Of a DNA stretch of 64,000 nucleotides, positions 53,201 through 64,000 are shown piece by piece. The stretch's first letter is position 1. Every line of letters starts with the position of its first letter. The translations under genes and the position numbers were made by a program. Source of the DNA: Veleropilina oligotropha (taxonomy: Eukaryota). The notes beneath the pieces were generated by a model that searched no databases, had not been told where the DNA came from, and worked only from the letters and a program-made list of their open reading frames with translations. The DNA lies in contig JBEUKZ010000013.1 of NCBI GenBank assembly GCA_048128005.1, positions 1 through 64,000 on the forward strand, in the 5' to 3' direction.

Positions 53201-54200
53201 TTCATTAAATATGGACAAAACGAAATACATTCTGTTCAAATGCAATAACAAAATTATATAAGCAACATTCCTAAATTAAAACTAGACGATATCCAAGTTA
53301 TAAATAAAAACAACATCAATTAAATTTATCGGAATCATCATTGATGAAAATTAATTGGAAAGATCAATTTAAATACACACTCAACAAATTACTTAGAAGT
53401 GCATATACCTTAAGATGTTGTAAAAATACATTACCTACAAATATCAAAAGGATGATATATTACAGTACGGTACATTGTCATTTAACATATGGACTCTGTA
53501 TTTGGGGACCAATGATGAAAAAAGAGGATTTCAATAGATTATTCAAACTACAAAAAAAGATTAACAGACTCATTACGAACGATAAATACAATGCACATAC
53601 AAATCCTATATTTAAAACACTAAAAATACTGAAATTCAAAGATATGATCACATTAGATTTGAATAAAATAGGTTATAAATTTAGTTAACAATTAATGCCT
53701 CGTCCACTTAGAAATAATTTCACGACTAGTTCACAAATCCATCATTACAATAAGTACTAGAAACAGAAATAATCATTTGATTCAACACCACACTAGATCA
53801 ATTTATAATAATAGCTTCCTATGCAAAATGCCGTCTTTGTGGGGAAATTTATCGATATCATACCCTTAAAAAATTCATTATCATTGAAATCATTTGCACG
53901 TAGAATTAACAAAGAAATATTAATATCATATTAATCTCTAGCAAAACCAGCAAAAATCATCAAACTACAGCAGGTAGTTTATCCTACATAGCTTCATCAC
54001 TACAACCAAAACCACGCATGCATTAACGTCTAGATATTAATTATTATGTTATAGTGTAAAGGGGCGACATCACCAAACGGAACAGTCAATTTTGACTCAA
54101 GTGTCGTCCTTCCATTTTTACTATATATTTATTGTATTGTATTAAATTATGTAAAACCCATCTGTAAAATGGAAAATAAATATCTATATATCTATCTATG
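50294..54200 (+). pseudogene. LINE (CR1/L2 group) ORF2 endonuclease-RT remnant with 3' tail
   Basis: RGGVAIY, IIVGEIYRVP, TRPTRITHHSATLIDNI, DHLP, FLDLSKAFDTIDH, GVPQGSVLGPLLF, FADE; ends AATAAA(TATC)n at about 54175-54200; many stops and frameshifts. Confidence 0.88.
51270..52334. mobile_element. Second HINE-like non-autonomous insertion inside the LINE
   Basis: AACAAG start, sub-terminal inverted TGTCTCGCC/GGCGAGACA, GACGCC microsatellite, duplicated 3' end (about 51340-51445 and 52230-52334); LINE coding resumes after it. Confidence 0.6.
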
Positions 54201-54627
54201 GTATCGACTGATATTCACAAACATGCCAGCAAATATTGTGGAGAATAAAGAATCGATACTGTTGTGTAAATTTAATATTTGTCAATATGTGCTAAATGTA
54301 ACATGAGAATGTAATGGGAGTTACATTTGAGTCTTTAACCATAGGAAACAATAATGAAGAGAGAGACAGCGTATTTTTGTGGTACGATAAACAGGTGAAT
54401 ATTAAAATGTTGGTGCTGATTTTCTTGGTTTAGCCAACTGGCAGAAAATACTTTTGCGGTCTAGGGTTTAAAATTAAAAGTGTTTTTCCCTAATTACGGG
54501 TAATACAACTTTAAATAGTAGTTTTAACACTTACGCCGTGTTCGATTTAAACGACACCGGTTTTGATTTAGCTGGGGTTTCACACTTCATATCAAACATC
54601 TTTTTATCATCTTAAAGGATTTCATAT

Positions 54628-54950
54628 GCGAAATTTCACTATACGCCATATTCCTATCATATTATTTGTTGTGTTAGTTTTTGCGAAATAATCAATCAGC
54701 TCAAGAATAGTCATATTTTCAGGTCAGGGGTCGAATATGATGTCACAATGGACAGGCCACTCGGAATCTTTTCAGTTTGATGGCAACATCATTGTCCGCA
54801 AATTGGTTACTCAACAGGTGCAATAGCATTAGGCCTAGTCTGTCGTCACCTAATAAGTGTTCGGGAAATTTCACGGTGACTTGCTAAGGTTCTTTTGTAT
54901 CCATGTTTTGATAATATAAATCATGGCGCTACTAATAAGAGAATAAATAA
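54628..54950. repeat. Dispersed repeat, copy 2 (truncated at the hAT terminus)
   Basis: Similar to 49383-49758. Confidence 0.8.
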
Positions 54951-55521
54951 CAGGGGCGGATCTAGGATTTTCCAAAGGAGGGGGTCCAACTTTTATAAAA
55001 TACTATGAACTGAAATTTATTACTACTCACTATGTTAAACCCTCATCTGCTCCATTCTAAGAATGCAAGCTCTATAATTCTACCAACATTTATGAACCAT
55101 TTTCACCAAGTTTAATGATAAAATTTTCGTATTAGTAAAATACAGTACTATGCGGATCCAGGATTCTCGAAAATGGGTATATTATAGTATCAACGCTCCC
55201 ATCATAAGAGAAGGAAAAGTTTGGCAATTAGTGGCGGAAAATCACCTGTCCTGCATTCTGAGAGTGCAAAATCAGTATTTCTTATAAACATTTATTGACC
55301 ATATTCACCACTCTGTGAGAGACAATTATTGTTTTTGTTACAAATGAGATAGCGTCGTTCGCATCCCGACTCTGTATTTTCAAGTTTTTCAATATTATAT
55401 TGACGGTGACGGTCGATCCGCGCGTGAAAGTTACCCCACTCGGAGGAAAGTTTTGACAATGGATAGTACGAACCTTTCTCTTACAATCTGAGAGTGGAAA
55501 TACAATGTTTAAAAGAAACAA

Positions 55522-55698
55522 GGGTGGATTTGGCTTAATGGTAAACGGCGCTGTGCCACGAAGCTGACGTCCAGGGTTCTATCTGCTTTTCATTGCACAC
55601 TGAGCAGCGCCACTCATCTCATCATTCAATGTTGATTGACCCGATTTATAACCGAAATACTGTTGACGTGGTCGTTAAACAACAATTCATCATCATCA
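55522..55698 (+). mobile_element. SINE (tRNA-like head, (CAT)n tail)
   Basis: 13-bp TSD TTAAAAGAAACAA at 55509-55521 and 55699-55711; A-box-like TGGCTTAATGG; 3' ACTGTTGACGTGGTCGTTAAAC(CAT)n. Confidence 0.75.
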
Positions 55699-56086
55699 TT
55701 AAAAGAAACAATGCATTCTAACACTTGCATTTCTGAATTTCAAATGAAGTGGTGTACCTGTGTGGATGACCTCTTCTATGATCCGTTACTGATTTTCTGC
55801 TAAACCATTAATCGCCTTTCATTGAAGTGAAAAAGACAAAACAGTTGGAAAATATTTATATAACGTCTCACAATACAATAACAAATATCCATCCTTTTAC
55901 CGCTCTTTAACTTATTAAATTCCATTTAATTATACTTGAAATGTATCAGTGATTGTAGAGCAGTATCTCAACTGTGTATAATATTTACTTCAATGGGAAC
56001 AGATTTACCACATGGACACCAATAATAATTATGGAAGAGACCACTTAATTTACTGAATAAAATGAGATAATAATTGTAGGCCCACA

Positions 56087-59000
56087 TTAATCTTGATACA
56101 ACAGGCACGATCGAAACATTCTACGAGAGTGACGTTCTATGTATGCCTTACAAATGACGTCCATGTAAATTTCTATGTTGCGATGTATATTAAGCAAAGC
56201 AAGTCCAGTTAATCTTTCTTGACCCATGGTGTTTCTTAGGTAAGTTTTAGATCGACGAAGCACGGAAAATGATCTCTCTGCTTCTGAGCTACTAATGGGC
56301 AGAACAGCACCGATTTTGAATAACTGACGAAGATTTGGATATTCATCCTCATCAGCCTGTTTAAGACAGTTCATGAATTCATTTGGGGCATCGGCAGTAT
56401 CAATACTCCATTTTCGCTTCCAGCGTTTCAACTCTGTCAACAGTGATGATGGCGTTTCTAAATCGGACTCCCAGAAGAACAAGTAGTCTTTAAGTTTTCC
56501 AAGTTCTTCAAGACGTAGAGCGATGATATTTGATGGAATGAGTCCAAACAACATTCCACCAACACGATCAGTTTTATTGAAGCGGGAATTCATTTGTTCA
56601 ATTAAATGATCCAAAAACGGAATGGCCACGCTCCTTTTATAATACTCCTGTGGTGAGTTGCTCTCTATGTTGGGCCTGTGAGCTTGTCGAGACGCTATTC
56701 TGGGAACATTTATATCACTGCCAAGTTTTTCCGACAGCCTTTCAACATCATCAAATACCTCCTTAAACTCTTGATCAATATTTTGTCTCGTTTCATTAAT
56801 GTCTTTTATTACTTTGTCGATCATTGTATAAGCCTGGAACACATCTTGATCTCGCTTCTGAAGTTTACTTGCAAGAGGCTTCACCATTTCAAGAAAGTAT
56901 TTTGCAACTAAAAATGCTACAATGAACTCTGTTGATTTTAAGCATTTGACAAGACCCTGACATTTTACTCGCGTGTCCCGATCCCATGACCAATTCTCAA
57001 CCACGTCATCTTTGGTGTAGACATTCTCATATGTATCCGGGTCCAATATCGCTTCCAATGAGAGGCACACGAAGGTAAACAATTCATAAAATGTTTCGTA
57101 ACATGTATGCCTCTCAACCCATCTTGTTTTGCAAAGTCCTTTAAGTTTCTTTACATTAGAATCACATCCAAATATTTCTAACACTCGTTCAAAGAATCGT
57201 TGACGTTTGGGGGAGAATGCAAAGAATAAATACGTCTCATTCAACGAACCAATCATATTTCGAATATATGGCAATTGGCAAGATGAGGCGATGCAAAGGT
57301 TTAACACATGACTCTTACAATGTGTGTACAACGCAAGAGGCTGGTGTTGTTTGATGTGGGCCTGCACACCAACTCTATCGGACGACATTGCTGCAGCACC
57401 ATCATAAGCTTGACCTCTTGCGTTTGATATATCGATTTGCCGCTCTTTTAAACTTTGCAGTATAGCATTAGCAATCATCTCTCCTGTGGTTCGTTCTAAA
57501 TTGATGAAATCGAAGAAAGCTTCCTTAATTTCAGGATTATTTGTGTAATCGACAAATCGTAAGCAAACAGATAATACCTCTTGGTTCGAAAATTTGTCCG
57601 TTACCTCGTCAGCAATTATGGAGTATACGGCATTTTCTTCTTCTAATGACTTTACCACCGTTCTCCGGACATAATCAGCCATAATATTTATTATTTCATT
57701 TTGAACAGTTTTCGATGTGTACTGAGCATTTTTTGGCCCTGAATCCAGATGGTGCCTGAGGATTTCATTTGACAATGCTTGCAATTCTAAAATGGCTCTG
57801 AAGTTTCCTTTATTATACGACAAGGATGTATTGTCGTCACGGTGACCTCGTAGCGCTATGTTCTGTTGTCCACACAAGGCGACTGTCTGTACGATGCATT
57901 TAAGAATTTCAACATTCTGCTCATATAGATCTTGATTTTTCTTTGAAATATGATATGGCATAGTGGTTTCAGGTTTCGCGATTGACTGCATCATTGTAGA
58001 TGCCTCGGCCATTGCATCAAGATGGTACTGAAGCCTTGAATGAGTCTCAAGAAGACCATCCTTACCTGTCGCTTTTCCTAAATTTTGAAAAGATTTTGTA
58101 ACAAAAGTGCCAAGCTTAACTATGCGAGCATCTTTCGGCGAAAATAATGTACAATATTTACAAAAGCCACCTTTTAGAGAAGGACTATATACAAGCCATT
58201 TGTACTTTTGAAGCCATGAGTGCTGAAAAGTTAGAGTTTTTTGCTTTTTTTGTTTGCCTCTTTGTATGCAGTTTGTAATGAAATGTTTATAGTTTGCCTC
58301 TGGTTTAAAATGATTTTTTAAATACATTACCTTCTGATCATTTGATAATGCGTTTGCATTATTGTCATTTATAACATCACCGATGTCGCAGACTGTCGAT
58401 TCAGGTCCAGATATTTCGTGTTGCGTGGCCTCATTTGCAGAATTATTAGAGTTAGTATTGTCGTTGTTTAATGCCAAGAGACCAACAAAGTGATTGGGCT
58501 GGAATGATACACCAGGCATAGAGTCAAGATTTCCATCTCTTGACCACATAATATTTACACACAATTTCTTTAAACCTTGTGATGCATCCCTTGGTAATAT
58601 TTCAGCGTGAAACATGGATCTTATTCCTTCATTTACATCGGGATACACGGACCTGATCGGTACCCCAAGTACTGATGACAGTGCAAGAATATGAACCAAA
58701 GAAGACCATTTTCCATCTTGACAAGTTAGCAATGCTTCTTTCTTTATGGATAATTTACGATCCCTGTTGCAGTCATATTCGAAACTTGATTCATCTGACA
58801 AAATCATCGAAAACAGAGTGTCATAATGGTCTGTAAATAATTTTGGATCTTCTATTGTCCTAATTAAATGGGGGTGATTGGAATAATAATTGCTGTTCAA
58901 GAATAACTCTGCAGCCACCAACAGCCGGAGCGTTGTAGAAAGAGACTCATCACCTGAAACGATAGGCATATAATGAGGACGAGTTTTTATACGATGAATA

Positions 59001-61564
59001 ATATTTCATATGTAATTCACTATCTCAAATTGAATTATTTGGATCATTATATTACTTATTACAATGAGTCCCATCAGGGGAATTGGTGTTTTACATCTGA
59101 GGCAATATATGTTGCGTAATAACCGAACACTAAATAAGTTTCACATGATTTGAATAACCATGAAATTCAAATTACACTGTGAAATTATGATTAAACCTAG
59201 CCACGGCGGTCATAAAATGGGCCTCATATTGCAACAACATTTTCATAACTCATCTATAAAGAAGTGAACTGTCCTCGATGAGTAAACTAGTTAGAGCGTC
59301 GGGAAAATGTTGAGTGTGACCGTAGGATGTGGGGTCAAACCCATTCCGCGGTGTGGCTTATTCTAAGGCTTAAAACTAATAGATGGCATATTCCTAATGT
59401 AAATCTGTCAGAAGTGAAACCTTGAACCGGGTGTCCCGACTGCGCTAAAGCTAAAAATTGAAAAGTGGTCGTAAAACAAGTTTTCCAACCAACTCTTAAG
59501 AAGTAAACTGTTAGGAAAATTTCATAGTCATTTAAATCTTCCGACATACCAGTGATACATAGCGAAGCACTGTTGTACAAGCAATTTCCATCTCCTAGTG
59601 TCTTTATTGGTACAATATTGTTGTCAACATCATCAGGCATCAATGAGCTTGCCAAATCATCAATTTGGAACAAGTCGCAATATTTGACCACACTTAAATT
59701 TGATAAATATGCCTCCTTGTGTCGCTCATTGAAATCTTTGCATCGATGGTAATCCGATTTTGCGATTATTTCCTTCAACTCTAATAAACCTTCCGCCTGG
59801 CACTTGGTCTGTGATGCCTATAATAGCAAAGCAACATTTATAGTCAACTTAACGGGAGCAACTGTGTGCGTTTCATGTCTGTATGCATGGAATAAATTAA
59901 TATTAAATTCCTGAAACATTAAAGTTGCATTGCCTGTAAGTAGCGAAAAATGGTTTTAATTTTAAACTCTGGCGCACAGATGTATTTTTGCCAGTTAGCC
60001 AAAGTTAGAAACTTTGCAATTTTTCAAAAATGTTCTCTTGACGGGGTCCCTGACGCGCCTGCGAATTAAAAGTAACCTATAATTTATCCGAGCGCCGGAT
60101 AAATACTTGTAGGCCTATATACGCAAGTTATACGTCCACATACATGTAACTAAGTAAGGCATTATAGGACATCATCCGATAATTACGGGCAATACAACAG
60201 TTGAACTTTAATTATACCCAAAGTAATAAATTTAAAATTATTTATAATCATTTTGTCAGAGTGAATGCATTAATTTACGTTAACGGTAAATATATTATAT
60301 TAGAGAGGTTTCGCAATCTAACGCGAACGTGTACCTGTACGCGAAGATCAGATTGCAACACAGAACGTCATCAATTTGTGTACAAAAGCTGCTGAGACTT
60401 TATATGGTAACCGTGAATGCTCGCGTTCACGTTTGTCCCTAACGTTAATGCCGAACAAATAAAATAAACACATAATATGAATGTGTACGATGATATTTCA
60501 TTACGTTTGGATCGTATGTATGAATTAGATCCAATTATATTTGATGTGCAGTTATGAGAATATATTTGATTTGCAAGATAAACACCCCACAACGCTAAAA
60601 CGAAATGGCCAATAGAACTTTAATGCAATGCACTTCAATTCTGATACAAGTCATGGCATTGTGTTGAATCAGTTCGATAACGAGGCTAGAAAGGTATTCC
60701 TCGAGACAGGGAGTTTAACCTCAGAAAAATGAAAACAATATGAAATGCAGTGAAGGAAGTTTGGTAGACTCGTAAAATACATGGCTGATAAATTAACACG
60801 CATGAATCAAAACATATAATAGTGTTGTTCGTTGATTTATTAAATATATTTAAGTGTAATGTGTAGGTAAATTCACCAACATATAATTTTAAAAACTTGC
60901 TTATTTTTTGCTTAATCCTCTTTACATTACCGTTTATTTTGTATTAATGTACAGCTAAACAAGTATGACAATCTCCTCCTCTTTCAATAGACCACGGAAC
61001 ATTTATTAATATTGATTTAACAACAAAAAAACAAATATTCACGTCAATCAATTATATAGGTCGATACACATGTAACATCTAAATGATATCGAACTCTATT
61101 GACTGGTGGTCAACAATTTCATGGATGAGAGTTCAATATCACTTATTTTATAATTTTCAGACTGTGATATCGTTTCGATTTAGCAATTTATCTATGTGTC
61201 CGTCCGTAAAATAAATTTCATGAACAAAATTAAACAAGAACGACGCGTTCGGAATATATTTTGACATTTCTTTATTTCTGTCAAATTTTCATAACAGTTA
61301 TAACGTTACAATGGCTAAGTGCAAGTACTTCATGGCTTAATTTACGCCCCCGTCGATTGTGACGTCACCCAATAACGAGTAATCTAAAGCGTCATCGTAA
61401 TGACGTCATTGCTATTTGCTTGCAATATTAGACATACGTTATATACAAATATGCATATTGTTGCAAAATTGTGTCGCGAAAGTTATATACACGACTTACA
61501 AATACTCTTGATAATGTGTATACCAATTTTGGTGAAAATTGAGCTGGTAGTTTTCAAATAAATC

Positions 61565-61600
<36 letters not shown>

Positions 61601-62588
61601 AGTATATAAGTATATATGTATATATGTATATACACACGGACCATTTGATAATGTCTTGTCCTGTTTACAAAAAGGTCAAGACATAAAAACACAATTTGTG
61701 TCCCTCTGTCGCAGTCACTATATCATATACGATATATTTAAATAAAACCACTGTAATATTGCTCTTAAACAGAACTAAAGACACGTACAAACTTATATGT
61801 CTGTGCGTATGTGTATTCGTGAGTGCTTGCATACGATTTGCTAATACCGACGTGTTACATGTTTCAGGGAGTGTGTTTACGTGAATACAACGACCTACAG
61901 GTTGTTTTTATCCCGTGAACATCAACCGACACGGTTCTATATCTGGTCAATGGGTTCAGATAGCAAATAATGATTACATCATGGAGAAATTTGCATATTA
62001 CCCATACACCATAGGTCCACGTTCAAGTTCACTCTGCGAAGAGCATTTCAAGGCTACGTGTGCACGAGAAAGGTGTAGAATATTCTCATAAGAATGATAT
62101 ATTTTGTCATTTGATCAGTGATTGACCATCACTAATCTAATGACAAAATAAAAAATCAGCTATTGCTACATCGTCACAATCATGATAATTAAATAATTTT
62201 GTAAATTATAATAGCTTTAATAATATGATAGGGTACATTGACACATTTATATTGACAGATGACTGGGCATTGCCTTCTGGAGCCATTATATATATACGAC
62301 AGGTCGATCTGCGAAAGCCAAAACTGATCAAAACGTTAACGTGAACGTGTAACTGGTTGCCAATGGACACCCATCTAATTGACCCTGTTCACGTTACAGG
62401 TACACGTACACGGGACATTTGCGAAACCTCTCTAATATGCCAAATGATGACAACGTAATATTTTACTCAACTGCATTCTGTCTGTTATTGAAAGATAAAT
62501 AAGCAATAATATTGTGTCTACCAATGTTTTCGTGTGGATAGCATTGGGTGACAATTTTAAAATGATATTTTAATTCATTACTTACCAT
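56087..62588 (-). CDS. Spliced hAT transposase (TTF zinc finger, DUF4371-like, C-terminal dimerisation domain) with an N-terminal vertnin/OTU-like domain; predicted exons 62588-62586, 59817-59550, 58953-56087 (~1045 aa)
   Basis: WLVYS...GFCKYC, ALRGHRD, IIADEVTD, GQAYDGA, HCKSHVLNL, TRWVER, SSEAERSFS; in-phase GT-AG junctions give M|ASQTK... and GDGNCLYNSASLCITG|DESLSTTLR. The large exon is secure; exon 1 is tentative. Confidence 0.85.
60301..62434. mobile_element. Non-autonomous TIR element (MITE-like) in the predicted first intron of the transposase
   Basis: TAGAGAGGTTTCGCAA...ACGTGTACCTGTA is inverted at 62395-62434 and flanked by ATAT on both sides; no coding capacity seen. Confidence 0.7.
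61570..61598. repeat. (TA)n microsatellite
   Basis: Direct reading. Confidence 0.9.
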
Positions 62589-64000
62589 TTTCAATATATT
62601 ATAGCATTATTGTGTGCTTCCAGTGTGCCGCGATATCTTGAATGATACAACAGATAATGAAACCAGTAGGTATTACAGTGGAAATTCCGAATACCCATGC
62701 AGTTTCAATTTCTATTCCGTTTCCGTGCTAGTCTAAACATGACGTAACTCGTTACTGCCGACCAACCATATATAGCGCCGCGGATTCTTCATTAACCAGG
62801 CCACAAAACCTGCTTCAGAGTGCCTGAGAAGATATTTTGCAACGAAACGAACACATTTTTTATTTTTTTCATTTCTCAAAGGGGGGGGTCCGGACCCCAT
62901 GGACCCCCCGTCCGGACCCCATGGACCCCCCCTCTGTATCCGCCTATGCAAGTTATTTCTAATATCTTGCCTGTATGGTGATCTGCAAAGTTGTTAACCT
63001 ATAATATGCAGTAGATTACGGCTTGCATTTTTAATCCAATATTTGTTATAATCCGGTATATTTAATTAATCAATGAGCATTTTGCTATTTTGAATCAAAT
63101 TTGTACAAATCTACGAACGTATGACCTCGAAATGTGAACGGAAGGAGCACGCGCGGCTACCATGTCTGGTCCATTTTAACGTCATGGGGGTGTCAGCTAT
63201 TATAACTACTGCATAGTAGACTAAATTTAATCAGCTGTATTAAAATAAAGTATTTGATGTTAAGAAAGGTACCATTATATTATTTTTGATGTACTTAATA
63301 CATGTTACTACAGTACTGTACCGTATATAGTTACGTAATTAAATTAGATCCTGCCCAAACCCCCGTGACGTAGGCCGGACCATTCAATAGACAATAGACA
63401 ATAGACAAATTTATTTACACATAATTCTTAATACAGCTGGTTTCATGTGTACATAACATTGTAAAAACAGAATTTGTGAGGGATACTAAAATAACCATAC
63501 GGTTTCCTAGTTAGTATAAAAATATTAATACACATTATTTTTTATTATGATAAATGCTGAAAAGTTTATATTTTCCATCAATGCATATTTATAAAGTTAA
63601 ACGAGGAATAGATCAATATATATGCAGTTTTGAGAAATATATATATATATGTTCTTACATGTGTATTATTGTGAATAAAGTAAATGCTGTATACAAAATG
63701 CAAATGATATGTATTGTTTTATTTTTTATCAGAACATCAGGGATTTATCGTCTGTATGGATTATACATAGAAAGCCAAATGGCTAAAAGGATCACCAGAA
63801 GTCCGAATTGTGGCTTCCTGCCATTGTGGCACCATTGTGACGTTGCATCATTTGCTTTTACACAACTTTTATCTGTAGATTGTGACCCTTCCGAATTACT
63901 AGACCCGTAGTCAAATTTTTTTTGAGGATTAGTCAAATTAACTAGTTTCAAAGTCAAATTTACTTTTTTCCTAGTCATTTTGACTATTTGCATAGTCGTT

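Larger units (their letters stand above)
54951..62948 (-). mobile_element. hAT-superfamily DNA transposon
   Basis: Imperfect TIRs CAGGGGCGGATCTAG (54951) and CATAGGCGGATACAG (62948, minus strand) around a transposase; no matching 8-bp TSD found. Confidence 0.7.

Noticed and set aside
49383..54950. The two ~330-370 bp direct repeats as LTRs of one element
   Set aside because: No TG...CA ends, PBS or TSD. One copy lies within the HINE-like insert and the other after the LINE tail, so they are dispersed repeats.
63900..64000. TAGTCAAA/TTGACTA reiterations as a transposon terminus
   Set aside because: Truncated by the window edge; not enough sequence to classify.

Overview
Eukaryotic (animal, probably marine invertebrate) genomic DNA made almost entirely of nested mobile elements. 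The main content is two related, GC-rich, 15-16 kb endogenous Polinton/adintovirus-like DNA viruses in the same orientation. Copy A (418-16410) is essentially intact and copy B (33735-48949) is decaying. Both have AGCAGCAG...CTGCTGCT terminal inverted repeats, 5-bp target-site duplications, an rve integrase, an A32-like packaging ATPase, and putative major and minor capsid proteins. In place of a canonical pPolB they carry one large replicase with OTU-like protease, PolB, SF1 helicase and HNH motifs. They also encode several membrane proteins (one with tandem PSAP/LYPxL late-domain-like motifs) and a secreted cystine-knot-like protein, and I see no adenain protease. Copy A splits the RT of a DIRS retrotransposon. 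Copy B sits in a HINE-like element that itself splits a CR1/L2-group LINE. Also present are a degenerate C2H2 zinc-finger exon, a recent env-bearing Ty3/gypsy element (801-bp LTRs, CAAAA TSD), and a hAT element whose predicted spliced transposase has an N-terminal vertnin/OTU-like domain, with a SINE and a MITE nested inside it. All family assignments come from motif recognition by eye; no searches were run.
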